The notes below the pieces were generated by a model that was given only the letters and a program-made list of their open reading frames with translations, ran no database searches and had not been told where the DNA came from. A DNA stretch of 63,199 bases, the filler included, from Conidiobolus incongruus B7586 (lineage: Eukaryota), in NCBI GenBank assembly GCA_000697335.1. It is 11 parts of 11 records of this genome, joined end to end, with 100 filler letters (N's around TTAATTAATTAA, not from the genome) between each part and the next. Parts side by side here need not be neighbours in the genome. Positions count along the whole stretch, not along the records: positions 39,954 to 45,825 come from JNEM01000257.1; positions 45,926 to 50,766 come from JNEM01000258.1; positions 50,867 to 56,367 come from JNEM01000259.1; 8 more parts are not named here. One strand, 5' to 3'. Positions 39,954-54,080 of this stretch are shown piece after piece. The position numbers were made by a program, and so were the translations under genes. How positions within the stretch are numbered: the first letter of the stretch is position 1; every line of letters starts with the position of its first letter.

Positions 39954-42910
39954 TATTTTTTAGAAAATTTTACAGATTTTTTGTGTTTTAAATCAAAAAT
40001 TATAATAATTTATTAATATTAAGATATCATATAATTAATATATTAGACTTAAATAAAAACCTTTTATATTTTAAATCAATAATATAATTTTTTATTGATT
40101 TTAATATAAAAACTATATTATAAAATATAATTTTCTATATTATAAATTTGATATTTAGTTTTTTGTATATTTTGAAAATTAAACTTAGAAAAAGTTATAT
40201 ATATATCTAATACCACCAATTAAATAAAAGTTTAATTATGGTAACTTTGGAATCAAAACTTATATTCATTTTATAATAATAATTTATAAAAATCTTAACT
40301 GATTGATATAAATATATAAATAAACTATGGTAATGTTTATAATTTAAAATTGATATTTCTAATCTTGTATAATACTGAATACCCAAATCTAAAAATAAAA
40401 TAATGATATCATTTTTTATAATTAATTAACAAAAATAATGTTAATTTTACATATATTTCATTTAATATGTTTTTGTATAGTTAAATATTTTTAAATTATA
40501 AACTAATTAAAAAATAAACTAATAAGATTTTGATATAATTCAATAGAATGTTTTATTCCATATTTCTATAAAATATTGTTTTAATTGGCAAAAAGATCAC
40601 TATATATTGATTCCAATTATAATGAACTAAATCTTAATTTTGTGTCGGTTATATATAGCTCGCAGCATATTTATTTAACTTTCAAAATTTGTTTGTAATG
40701 TTGTGCAATATTATAATAATTAAATGATAATTTGACTGATTAGTTATGTTTTTAATATGTTTCCTATTGACTAATCAAGAGAAGTTGATTGATGTTATAA
40801 TTATAAAACTCTTATTTCTTTCATAATATTTTTATACTCATTAAACTTAAATTAATATATATTAATTTTTATGTTAAGTCTTTAAAATTCAAAGCCAATT
40901 ATAATTTAAATATTTAATATTAATCAAATAATTAAATACATGATTTTATTATCATATTTTGATCCATAATTTTTCAATTTATTTATATGCACACTAATTA
41001 AATAATTTAGTATTTAGGTATGATGTTAAAATCTGATACATTATAATTGATTATATGTTCTTAATTATATTAAATATTGATTATAATTAAATATCATTTT
41101 TTATGATTCATTAAATATATTGTAATTATTATAATTATATAATATATAGTCACATTATAATGTTCGTAAGTTTCAAAAAATGTCATTTTATAGAATAAAG
41201 ATATATATAGAATAATTATTGGATGTATTCTTAATATTGAAGTAAAATGGGTTATTATTCAACTATTTATTGGAAAATTATATCGATCATGAATAGTAAA
41301 ATATAGTCAATAAAAGTATTATATTATTATGATAAATAAATTCAACTATTAATCAAATGATGTTTTAAATCAAAGAATGATATTTTTGATAAATAATATA
41401 TCAAAAGATTTGATATTTAATATTCATACAATTAATTATCAGATATAATGAGGGAATAAATGAAAACCAAATTTGAAATATATTAACTATATTTTATCTT
41501 TTTCATATGGTATATGTTAATATTTGGTAATTGGAGAAAATATTTTATATTATCCAAAAATAGAATTGACAATTCAACCATTGAAAAGTGATTAACTATT
41601 TATAAATCCAAAACATATCTCAAAAAAAAAACTAAGAAATTTTATTCAAGTTATTATAATTTAAATATTTCCTTGTATATAACGGCCTATATTTAGACGT
41701 TTATTTTTTATGTTAATATTTTAATTAATATCGCTGAAATACTTTTATCAATCAACCTAATATCATACAAATTTAATAAATAATTGTATTACCTTATTTA
41801 AATTTAAAATATAAAAATAGCAATGATTGTATGAAACATATTGATCAGTGATCTACAATGTTTAAAAATATTTATTGTATATTTAATTCAAATAAAATCA
41901 CCTAATAATCTCATTATATAAGTTGTTTCTATTTTTCTTGAGTATGACTTTAAAGCCTTTTGTATAAACTGGTGATATATAAATAAAATGGCTATATGAA
42001 AAAATATCTGTTAATAGAGAAATATAAAATAAAAAACATTTTGAATTATTTTTGTAGTGAAACATTTTATATATTAATCCTAATATATAGTTAATATGTA
42101 AATATAATTCCATAAATTTTGATTTTATCTCATTAATGAACAAATTTAATGATTAGCATAAAAATTCTACGCTCAACAAATATTAAGTAATTAATAATAA
42201 GCATATAGTTTGGTTCATTTGAAATGAGGTATAGGCTATGAATAATATATTTTAGTAATTAAAAAGTTCATTTTTTTGTCAATTATTCACTTGTTCGAAA
42301 AAAAGGTGTTTTAAATAAAGTTTCTATATCTCGCATGTTTAGCTATTAATATATCATATAAATAACAGATCGATATATAGATGAAATATTTCCCATTGAA
42401 CAGCATGATATTTCGGGTTATAAAACTATTAATTATGTTTTATTCCACACTGAATTTTGTATAATATTCATTCATAACTATCGCCCTGTAAATAAGGCTT
42501 TAGATTGAAATACAAGAGGATAAGACATTTTCAAATATTCATTTTTTTTCATTTCATCATTAACTTGGCTTAAATATTGAAGTTGATCTCTACTGAATAA
42601 CTGTAGAACATTAAAAATTTAGATGATAGTCAAATTGTATGGATATTTCCAATGAAAATCGAACTTAAATAATAAATTTTAGAATATTTCGAAATAGTTA
42701 AAGGAATTCAATTAATCTATCCTTAATTATCCTTTTTAAAAAATGGTTTGATTTTTTTCAAGTTGTTAATATTTGAGAATTTGTTACAAGTTATTTGATT
42801 AATAAAATATTTTGCATTTTATCAAAAATGTTAATTATTAAAATATATTCGATATTGCTCGATTCATTAGATTAATATATATAGAGGTTGGTTTAATAGC
42901 CTAAAAATTA

Positions 42911-44291
42911 TCAAGCATTAGGTATCATATCGATACCAATTTTGAAAGATCCGATGAGATGAGATAGTTGAATGGATTCTGAAGTACCTAGTGACAATTG
43001 ATATCTAAAATATATTAGAAAATGTGAAAGGAACTGCTAATTAATACTTACTCGACATTGGCAATCTGATCCAAAAGGTAGCTGAGAACGAGAGGTGGTA
43101 AATCCATAAATAAGACAAATTTATAGATTTCTGTTAAGATGTCAACGAGTGCTAGACCATAATCTTGTTTGAGATTAAGAATATCTATAGTAAATTAAAT
43201 AATTAGTATTGAGTTGAATAAGGTACATTAAGTGATTACTATTTCTTGCAACTTGAAAATCTTCATTCATAATCCAGTTCATAATCCTCTCAATATGATT
43301 GGGTTGGGGTAGACCCGTGGTGGCATAAATACTTCCTTCGTCAATTTCGTCGAATGCAGCATGACAGGACTATAAAGGGTTAATTAAATGTTCAATTCAC
43401 AAAATTTTAAATTTACCTGTAAAATATTCAACACCTTTCTCATATCTCCCTGACTTAACTGAATCAAAGCTTTAATAGCATCTTCCGAAATCTTAATATT
43501 TTCGAGGGAGATAATTTCATCCAAGCGTTTGCGAATATCGTCATTGCTTAGGGGGCTAAATCTGAACCTGGTACATCTGGACTGAATGGCTGGAATAATC
43601 TTGTGTTGATAGTTACAAATGAGGCAAAAGCGTACATTTTTGGAATATTTTTCCATGACTGAAAACCTATTAGTGATTGTTTAAAAATATCATGGTATGA
43701 TTTACCTCGTCTCAAAGCGGCTTGAGCTGGTTGGGTCATGGCGTCAGCTTCGTCAAGGATAATTAACTTGTAGCCGGATCTAAACTCACAGGTTAATAAA
43801 TTATATACATATAATCTTAATGTAAATACTTGAAAATCATTTGAGTACTAGCAAAATTTTTGATTTGTTCTCTAACTACTTCAATACCACGATCGTCAGA
43901 AGCGTTTAACTATTAACAAAATAGTTTTAAATTATGAGATAAAATACTATGGAGTGTTACATACTTCTAAAACCATACTAGAAAAATTCTTGGGATATAG
44001 CTGTTTGGCACATGCTAAAATAGTGGAAGTTTTACCAGTACCGGGAGGTCCGTAGAACAATAGATGGGGCAAACTGTCCTTTTGGATAAAGCGATTAACT
44101 AGATATATTTAATTAGTTGTTAAAAAATTGAAGTGTGAATTGGTAGTTACTGGTGCTGACGATATCTCCTTGACTAATTAAATCGTCAAGTTTGTTAGGA
44201 CGATACTTTTCAACCCTGATAACATAGATTAATTATAAGCTTAATAAATTATTAAATGTAGTTACCAAGGTAAATGATCGTTGATATCCAT
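42911..44291 (-). CDS. RFC3: Replication factor C small subunit (yeast Rfc3 / human RFC5 type), about 9 exons
   Basis: The spliced product has LPWVEKYRP, LPHLLFYGPPGTGKTSTILACAKQLY, ELNASDDRGI, LIILDEADAMT..AQAALRR, IQSRCTRFRF and GDMRKVLNILQ. Confidence 0.92.
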
Positions 44292-45145
44292 TTTTTATAT
44301 TTTCGGTAATGACGAATTAAAATTTTTATTCGTATTTTTGATTTGTTAAATTCGCGAGTTTATTATTCATTAAATTGACTAAATTAATATAATTTCGTTT
44401 CAATTGAAAATCGAAATTATGGGATTGTTTGATTTAATGACATAATTATTTTACAATCTACTAAATTAATTCTTAGTCCTATGTTTAATATATACTAAGC
44501 AAGAGTAAGTTAACTAATATAGTTAATATTTGATAACTACATTCATAAAAAATAAAAAAATCCAAATTATATGATCTATTCCTATACTTTCCAACTATTT
44601 TAAATTAAAATTTCATAATTCTAAAAATTAAATTAAATTAATTCATATCCTTCTAGATTTAAAATATTTTTAATAAATATATTATAATAGTTGATAATTA
44701 ATAAACAAAAATATTAATAAAGATTGAATCAATTTCCTTTTATGATATATTATTTAGAATTAATTAATCATTGTTTTAAATATTAAAACATTAATATCAA
44801 TTTTTTTAATCAAATTTCTTATAAATTATTTCAATATATTATTATAATATAAATTAATATTAGTTTTTATAAATTATTATTTTCAACTTATATTAAGTTA
44901 TGATAATAATCTCAAGTCTTTTCAATATATTATGAACTTAATTATTAAATTATATACTATACTCATTATATATCAATATTATTATTAAGATATAATATCA
45001 AAATATATTAATAATTTTAATAATATATTGAAATAAATTTATATTTTATATTTTGTTAATTTAATTTTAGATCATTTTAAATATAATTTTTAAACTGATT
45101 TTTTTGAAAAAATTGTAATATTCTTACCTAAATATCTGATAATTT

Positions 45146-45206
45146 TTTATCTTTATAATAATTTATCTATAATTTATCTTTTATCCTATTTTTCCTTAAA
45201 TTTATC
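45146..45206. repeat. Dispersed degenerate repeat, copy 2 (partner 32242-32302)
   Basis: See partner; both copies lie in AT-rich contig ends. Confidence 0.55.
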
Positions 45207-45825
45207 AATCCTTATGATAATTTAAATATTATTTTTAAATTTGAAAGAATAATAACTAAGCTTTTATTATTAATTTCTAATAAAGCTTTTTATAAACTAT
45301 ATCTTTATCTTTTAAATCATTAGTGCTTAAGTTTGATTTAATATAATTATCCTTGTTTTTCAAACCAGGATAATATAAGTATAAATAAATTAATATTAAT
45401 AATTATTGATTTATTTTAATTTTAAACAATTGATTGGTTTTTGATTAATTGATATATATATTTGTTAAACTATAAGAATAATGAAATAAAAAAATACTTA
45501 AATATTTAATATTTTGTACATTAATAAAAAAATAATACCTAGTATAAAATATATTAAGAAAGTAAACAATTTATTCGATAATAATTTGGATACTATATCA
45601 AGCTCTTATTATCAATATATTACCTTTGGTTAAAAAAAATGATCGTTTTTTTTACTTTTTGTTCACCAAATATATCATTAATTTTAAATAAAAATTATGA
45701 ATAAAATATATATTATTAGTTATTTTTTTAAATATTTATTATATATTTTCAAAATAATAAATCAAATAATAATAAGTAAAATATTTTTTGATATTATAAA
45801 AATAAAAATAAGTTATTTAAAATTA

Positions 45826-45925
45826 NNNNNNNNNNNNNNNNNNNNNNNNNNNNNNNNNNNNNNNNNNNNTTAATTAATTAANNNNNNNNNNNNNNNNNNN
45901 NNNNNNNNNNNNNNNNNNNNNNNNN
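45826..45925. other. Artificial contig linker / gap
   Basis: Same 100-bp spacer. Confidence 0.97.
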
Positions 45926-48480
45926 TATAGCTATCTGGTTTAAAATTTGATGAATATATCTAATATATTAGTTTTTTGTAACTAGATTGTTATAAATATC
46001 TTTTTATAAATATAATTTTATAAAATAATAGTTTATTATAGTTGATAATTAAAATATGTTTTAAAAACTATTTTAGGTAAAAATATATAATTTAAAATTA
46101 ATTAATTTCTTTTAAAATAAAAAAACAATAATATAGTCAATTATAATAGCTATAATTTGTTTATAAGTAAAATATTAATTTATTAATATAATTTATAAAA
46201 TTATAATATTGCAAAGCATTTTATAAAGAGATTTATAATTTTTTAATAATCTAAATTCAATATAAAAGATTTCGTCTTTAGTTATAATATGATAGATTTT
46301 ATTAAAATATAGTTATTTTAGTTATTTTTAAAAAATTATTAATTTCAAGGAATATATTTTATATATGATATTAACTATTATCAAAATATTTTAGTAATAT
46401 TCTAGTAAAATAGAGAGGTGCTTTTAATATATATCTTTTTATATTTGTAATATAACTCAATCTCGGAAATTTTGAAAATTTTTACCTTTATTCCATTATA
46501 GAAAATAAAGTTATTTAATTTTAAAAAAATTACAAATTAAATAATATATATTAAATAAAAATTAAGTATGAATAGTTTCATTTTATACAGAAATTATGAT
46601 TTAAATAATTTATTTATGATATTGTCTTTTGATGAATAAAATTATATAAAACTGGAAAGTAATATGAAATTTTTTTATACTTGTTACGAGTTATTGAGAT
46701 CAATAGAATCACTTAAACACTTAGATAATTGGAATATTATTTGCTAATATATAGCTATATGCATAATAAATCAATTAATTATTTATGATCTATACATAAT
46801 AAATGAAAATGATATTAGAATTGTCAAATTGGTTGAATATTATTGAAAATTTTAATAACCACAACCCGTTTTCAAACTGAATGATTTGTTTTGGAGTAGA
46901 GTAAATTAGAATTATATATAGTTATTATAATTTTATTAATACATAATAATATTGATGCTAGAAATTCTAAGTAAAAATATGGAGTAAATTATGGCTAAAA
47001 ACAATAATACCGAAAATTGTGATTGAATATGGTAATGAGAAAAAAATAATTACTATTAATAAACCATAATTATAATGAAATTTTTTCTATTTTCAAAAAA
47101 AATCTAACTATACTGGATCAAATTACAGACATCCTCAATTAACAAAAATAAGAATTTATTCCCATGTTCCAATATCGATCCGGGATAAAAAAATCAAATT
47201 GACTTAATTGGATTGACAAAATCTGCTGATTATGATGTTATACTGGTTTAAATATGAATTTTAAAAATTGGTAATCAAAGGTATAGATTCTTCCCTTTGA
47301 TAAGCAGTATTTTTTTTAATCTTTTATCTTTAGGATAGCATTTTTTCAACTCATTGTCATTGTATTTGAAAACCTACAAATTGATCCTAAAATGCAATAT
47401 AAGCCGGACTATAAATAAAATGTTGCTTCACTTTTTGATAGAAATATTTTCAAAAGGAGGTTTTGTGCTTGATTAAAAATTCATTAACAACAAATTGTGT
47501 GATTATCCTAGATTAAAAATAATATAATTAATGTTAATATCGAATTTGATACCGTAGATTAAGGAAAACCAATCAAATTTAACCAAATTAAATCATAAAA
47601 TACTAGATACAAATCAATCAAATGAAACTATTATATAATCATATTTTTTTACATTTGAATTAATCAATATAAATACACCCGAAATACATTTGCACATAAT
47701 TTTCATTAATCCAGTATAATAAACTAATAATTGTTGATCTATATTTTACTGAAATGGATGATATATTCAATAATGTAAAACCTTCTTGATTCTCTAATTA
47801 TTATTTAATATTTATAATGCAAATATTATTACAAAAATAATATATGATATTAAATGTGGATAATATATATTAACTTAAAAATTCATAATATGTTTCGCAT
47901 ATCGAGATGATTCTTTCGATATTATACACACTCATATTAACTCAATTAACCAAACCAATAATTTTACTCTACCATTTTATTCAATATGATTTTTTCTAAT
48001 TTACAATGTAATAAACCAACAATTCTTAATATATCAATTTCAATATGTTAAAAATCAAATAGTATTAATCTAATTAATATCAGTTATAATAATTTAATTC
48101 TAATATAAAAATTACTTAAATCATCTATATATAATTTAAATAAATTATTTTATTAAATATAATTTTTAATATTTTGAATTTTTATATATTTATTTTTCAA
48201 ATGTTATCATAAGTCTAATTTTCAGTATTTTTAAAAAAAAATTTTGTTTACCATAATAGTCCTAAAGTTAGCGAATTTAAACCAACAAAAGATATTTAAC
48301 CGTTAGTTGGGTACTAATTAAAATAGTATTTGCCCGAAAGTGTAATGTTGAAAGTGAAAATCCATTTAAAATAATATGTCAAAATAAAATTCTGTTTAAC
48401 AGATATATTTATTAAATTTGATATAAAAGTTAAAATTACTCTAAGTCGAGGTACTAATTTAATTTAGATTGACAAAAATA

Positions 48481-49461
48481 ATGATAGAGCCAGATAATAG
48501 CACAGCAGGATTGATAATTGGTATCATCGAATTTATTGTATCGACTCTAGCAGTATTTATCAATATCTTGCTCATGCATATACTGGTCAGAAGAATGAGG
48601 TTAATCCAAACTGATACTGTTATTTCGTTTATTTTATGTATTATCGATATTTCATACGGATTATATTCAGCGATGAATCTAGTTATTTCTTGGTCAACTA
48701 GTCATCTAATTTTTCAACAATCTGTCTTCTATTGTCAATTTAGTGGTTTTTTCTTTATGGTACTTGGAGCGTCGACAGTTGAAACCACTATGATTTTGGG
48801 CATGTTAAGATATCTAGCAATCTGTCATAACAAACTTTTTTCTATCAGATTTTGGGTACTTATCAATATTGGCTTCATTTTTTTCAATATAATTTTCGCC
48901 ATTTATCCTTTAATTAACAGGTCTTTTACTATGTTTCCTTCTCAAAAATACTGTGGCTTTGACATTACTACAGAAATATTACCGAATTTAATATATTATT
49001 TAATAGGAGGTGCTGCTTCTGTTAGTATCTGTTTAATGTTATTTTGCTATTATAAAATTGGAAGATATTATTCGAACTATATATATAAAATGCGAAATGA
49101 GAACCAAGGTTTTATCCCTATGCATCCAAAGGAAGCGATATTAAGTAAACCTAATTTAACGAATCAAGAACTGGTAATAGATCAATTCAAAACTGAGAAT
49201 AATATCAAAAGTTCATTGTTCAAGTTATATCTAATGATATCAATATATTTAATCCAAACAATACCTTTTTTAGGTATTCAAACCATATTTAAATTGCTGG
49301 GACAATACCCACCACCAATATTGGATAATATTGTTTCATTAATTTCACATTTTATACCTTTATCCAACCCCTTATTTATTTTATTTTTCCATGAAGAGAC
49401 GAATCAAGAATTGAAAGCAATGTTTATAATCTTTTGGTTCAGATTATTAAAATTATTCTAA
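48481..49461 (+). CDS. Seven-transmembrane class-A (rhodopsin-like) GPCR-like protein, 326 aa, intronless
   Basis: Seven hydrophobic helices; TM1 Asn, TM2 Asp, TM3-top Cys (YCQFSG) with ECL2 Cys (PSQKYC), LRYLAIC at the DRY position and NPLFI at the NPxxY position. The first ATG is at 48481 (the ORF track starts at an upstream TTG). Confidence 0.82.
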   Translation: MIEPDNSTAGLIIGIIEFIVSTLAVFINILLMHILVRRMRLIQTDTVISFILCIIDISYGLYSAMNLVISWSTSHLIFQQSVFYCQFSGFFFMVLGASTVETTMILGMLRYLAICHNKLFSIRFWVLINIGFIFFNIIFAIYPLINRSFTMFPSQKYCGFDITTEILPNLIYYLIGGAASVSICLMLFCYYKIGRYYSNYIYKMRNENQGFIPMHPKEAILSKPNLTNQELVIDQFKTENNIKSSLFKLYLMISIYLIQTIPFLGIQTIFKLLGQYPPPILDNIVSLISHFIPLSNPLFILFFHEETNQELKAMFIIFWFRLLKLF

Positions 49462-50766
49462 TAAAAATAAATTCATTATTACTTTTGATAATGATTTGAT
49501 TATTAATCATAAAATTATAAATAACTATATTAAAATTTCAATTAGTTAATTAGCTGTATATTATGTATGATAAAAATTATGTTATATTAAAAGATAGTTT
49601 ATCAACTAGTTTTATAATATATATTAAATTAAAAACTGTATATTCACATTTTAAAATAGATATAATATATCCCAATATGATAGATTATATACTGATATCA
49701 TATTATTTACTTTAGTATTTTCAAAAATTATTTAATAGAATAATTATATTTCAAATTAATATATTTCCTTTCCAAGAGTTATTAAAATGGATATATTTAA
49801 ATTAATTCAATCTTTGAGGGATTAAAAATAATATATTAATTATTTTGATATTAAATATTATTTATAATAGTTATCTCGATAAAAATATGACTAATTTTCC
49901 CTTATTGACAATTATTTATATATATTTAAATCTATAATAAATAAATAATAAAATATAAATTTATTAAGATCTTTGATTATATTATCTTATTTCAAACAGG
50001 AAATTTATTATATTTAACTAATTATTTGATTTTCAATTATATAATATATATAATATTAATTTGAATTGCTTGTTGAAATTAAATATATTATATTGTTAAC
50101 AAATTATAAATAAGTTAAATAAGAAATAATTCAAAAACATTTTAAAATATATTTTTATAACTCCAAATTATACTCTTATACAGATTTACAAAGCCATGAC
50201 ATCAAGCTGAGGCTGGGTATCAAGCTTATAATTTGTTAATATTAAATTAAAGTCTTTGTTAAATTTTCTAATAATATTAGTTAATAAATAACTAATAGGT
50301 TTTATTATTCAAGATTGAAAATATATATTGATTCAAAATACTATTATTGAAAAAATATTAATCTGAACTTAGATTTTAAATCTTATTATTATAAATTAAT
50401 TGAATAACTATAACTTTAATTTTGTATCATATATTTTAAACATATTTACTTGATTTCAGATTTTTATTTATATATTATTTAATAATATTAAATGAGATTA
50501 TAGATAAAGTTAAGATTGTAATTATCAAATAAATCAATTAATATTTTATATAATCAATATATTATAATTATGATTATTATTTTCAAAACTTTTATAGATA
50601 TTAATATAATTATTATCAATTTAGATATTTATCAATTTTGAAGTTATTTGTTTAATAATTTATATTAATTATTTTTATTTTGATATCTAAAATAAATATT
50701 AATAAAAAAAATAGATTTTTATCATAAACCTATATATTTAATAAAAAATAATAATATCTTATATTT

Positions 50767-50866
50767 NNNNNNNNNNNNNNNNNNNNNNNNNNNNNNNNNN
50801 NNNNNNNNNNTTAATTAATTAANNNNNNNNNNNNNNNNNNNNNNNNNNNNNNNNNNNNNNNNNNNN
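50767..50866. other. Artificial contig linker / gap
   Basis: Same 100-bp spacer. Confidence 0.97.
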
Positions 50867-51525
50867 TTATATTTTTATCAAATATATTTGATTTAAACTA
50901 ATAGATAAAGAGTCTTTTATAATAATATATATTAATTATTATTTATTTTTTATTATAATATGGAATTATTATATATTTAAAAATCATATTATTTATATTT
51001 TTTATTTGATTTTGATTTGATTTATAAATTTAGATCCTAAATTATTCAAATAATTAATATTGCAAAAATATCAAAAATTTTTTAAAATTCTGATTAAAGA
51101 AAATTAAATTATGATATATTTATTAATATTATGATATATAAAATATTTAGTAATTATATAATATTTTACCATTTATAAATATATTTGGATTAATATAATA
51201 ATAATTTCAATTATATAAATTTATTTTAATATTTAAGAAAAACAATAGTTATATAATATTAAATCATTTTTGGATATTTATTAAATATATATCAGAATAT
51301 AAAATATTATTATAACTAAAACTTAAAATTAAAAACTTAAAAATTCACTAAAAATTTTTTCTATGGCAAAATTAAATTTAATTCAAAATAAAAAACAGAA
51401 AAAGATTTAATATAAAAATAATATAAAAAAAGTAATATTTGAGAAAGGATTATAAAATTAAATTTATTCAAAAAGAAACTAATTTAATAATCTGCATTTA
51501 ATTTTTTCAGAATAAAGTAGAGTAA

Positions 51526-51607
51526 GACTCTTCGGTGCAATGGTTAACTCGGTGCCCTGCTAAGGTGTTTCCCTTTGGGAGCACAGATTCGAATCCTGTA
51601 TGTGTCG
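51526..51607 (+). tRNA. tRNA-Ser(GCT)-like gene, degenerate (probable pseudogene)
   Basis: 82-nt cloverleaf: D-loop TGGTTAA, anticodon loop CTGCTAA (GCT at 51559-51561), long variable arm TCCC/GGGA, T-loop TTCGAAT, G discriminator and a downstream T-run; several stem mismatches. Confidence 0.75.
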
Positions 51608-52568
51608 TTCTTTTTCTTGATGAAATAATATCTTTAATATATCCACCATTATTATTTTTTCACATTCATCCAGACTTAAATTTAATAAATAATTTATTGA
51701 ATTTCTTTAATATATTCCCATTTTATCAATGTTAAGGATACTATAATAAGTAAATATATCATATTTTATATATTAATCTCAGTGTGTTTTTTTATACCTT
51801 AACAAACTCAATTCATAAAATTCATTATTAAGTTTATAAAAATAAATTCAAATCTCCATTAATAAATTAAGATATTAAATTTAAAACAAGATAATTGTGA
51901 CCTGATCTTGAGAAATTTCTATTTAATAATTTTAGCTATCACTTAAATATATTATAAAACTAGAAAATATTATATCTAATACCACTAATCATAAACCAGG
52001 CAAATATATGAAAATACATTTTAAATTGTGATCAACTTGATCAGAACTCATCTAATATTTATTATTTCCCAATTTATAAACAGTAAATAAAATTATTTAT
52101 TGTAATCAATATACTATTATATTGATATAATTTAAACAATACATGGAATTCAATTTGATTCAGGTTATTACTAGTTCCAAGCTTAAATTATTAAATTATA
52201 CAACAATATATATAATATCTCTATATTAAATGTATAGATAAGAATTTGTATATTAGCGATTAATATATTTATACTCTTAGTATATTATCAAATCAGATGT
52301 ATGAATTCACAAATATCTAAAAAAAGTTCAAATAATTTTTATTATTTTGGATATTAAAGTGATTGAAAATTGTCATATTTATTTATTTTACTGAATTCGA
52401 CATATTATCATATCTTTGATTAGTTAAATATTATTGATTTTGAAATTATTAAAACTTTGGTTCTTCCAACTAATATATAAAAATAATTTTAACTGATAAA
52501 GAATTTATAACTAGAATTTTTGTAATCTTGAAATATATTTATATATAAATATTTTCAATATTTAAAAA

Positions 52569-54029
52569 TTATTCAGGTTTTTGATCCAAGTAAGATCCTA
52601 ATACTTTGATATCTAAGCAGTACTTTTGTACTTCATCAAGTACAATTGAAACATTTTCATCTTCGAAGTGACCTTCAAACTCGACAATAAATTTGTAATG
52701 CCAAGGTTTGAGTTCCTTGGGATAAGGACGTGTATCAATCTTGGTTAAATTAATGTCATAATCCTTGAAGGCTTTCAATGTATCACATAAGGCACCTGGC
52801 TTACGATGATCAACTGTGAAGACTGCTAAGGTACGATCCTTACCAGAAGACTTTTCACTGCTTTGACCAAGTATGAGGAAACGAGTGTAATTGTACTTAT
52901 AGTCGTTGATATCTTCTTGAATAATTGGTACATCATAGAGTTTGGAGCAGAGTGAGCTACAAATAGCTGCAGAATACATTTCAGAAGATGCCAATTCGGC
53001 GGCAGCAGATGTAGAAGAGACAGTGACGCGTTCAACATGTGATAAATTTTGCTCAATCCATTTTTGGCACTGACCAAAAGCCTAAAATCAAATCAATTTT
53101 AATATAAAAAATAAAATAAATGAAATTTCTAAAACTTACAACACGATGACTATAAATTCTTCTAATGGAAGAAGGTGGGAAATGAGAAATTAAAGATTGA
53201 CTGATCTAAAACAATATATTTAATAAAATACCATAAGTTTGACGAATTTTTAATTACCTCTTGGTAGCTCTCAGCTCTGATCTTAATCTTATCATGATCG
53301 AAGAAAGCATCTAAAGTCTCAGAAACAACACCAGTAGATGAGTTTTCGAAAGGGACAACACCATAGGTCAAAGTTCCATCTTCAATTTGGGTCATAATTT
53401 CTAAAAGAAATTAGTCTAGAGCATAATTCAATTATGTGTTCTAACTTACCAGCAATTGATTTAATGGGAATATAAATTACACTGTCTCCGAAGCGATTTA
53501 GAGCAGCCTAGCAAAGGTTTAGTGCTGAGCTAAAGAGAGCTATTAAATAACTTACTTGATGTGTGAAACTTCCTCTGGGACCCAAGTAACCAATTTTGAC
53601 ATCTTTTTGGAGAGAAATCGAAGCAGACATGATTTCACGATAGATAGCTGTGAGAGCGTCTGTTGGGAGGGGTCCATTATTGAGCTGTTTTACCTAACAA
53701 AAGGCAAATAATATTAGTATATGATTTGCTTTCGATAAGATCAAAGTTGTAATAGGCTTGATATCGATTACCAGCCATTTTAATAATATTGATAAATACT
53801 TACTCTTTCCAACACAGCTTTTTCTTGACCAGGAGCGTAAATTTCGGGATTATTACTAATTTTAGAGGTTAATTATAGCTGTTAGTATAATATTGTTTAC
53901 TTACTCTTCAGTAGCTAACTTTTGCTTAACAGCACCAATATCTTGAGAGAGAGTAGCTCTTTCATTTAATAAATTGACAATTTGAGAGTCTAAAGAGCTA
54001 ATTTTTGATCTTAAATTTTGCAAATCCAT
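52569..54029 (-). CDS. pheA: Bifunctional chorismate mutase (AroQ) / prephenate dehydratase with ACT domain (P-protein), 7 exons
   Basis: Spliced N-terminus MDLQNLRSKISSLDSQIVNLLNERA...IGAVK...GPL...IYREIMSASISLQ (AroQ), then YLGPRGSFTHQAA, GVVPFENS, NYTRFL (PDT) and KPGAL...INLTKIDTRP (ACT); six GT-AG introns. Confidence 0.92.
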
Positions 54030-54080
54030 ATCTGATAAATATTATTGATAAATCTAATAAATGTAATGTTCGCCTTGGTC

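Noticed and set aside
36918..49461. G-alpha plus GPCR as a signalling gene cluster (likewise IDO, PheA and MFS as an aromatic metabolism cluster)
   Set aside because: The genes lie on different contigs joined by artificial linkers; order and distance are unverified.
51526..51607. Selenocysteine or suppressor tRNA
   Set aside because: The anticodon is GCT (Ser), and arm lengths fit an ordinary type II tRNA.
51535..51735. 66-aa ORF in the track
   Set aside because: It overlaps the tRNA-like sequence, starts at GTG and has no protein features.
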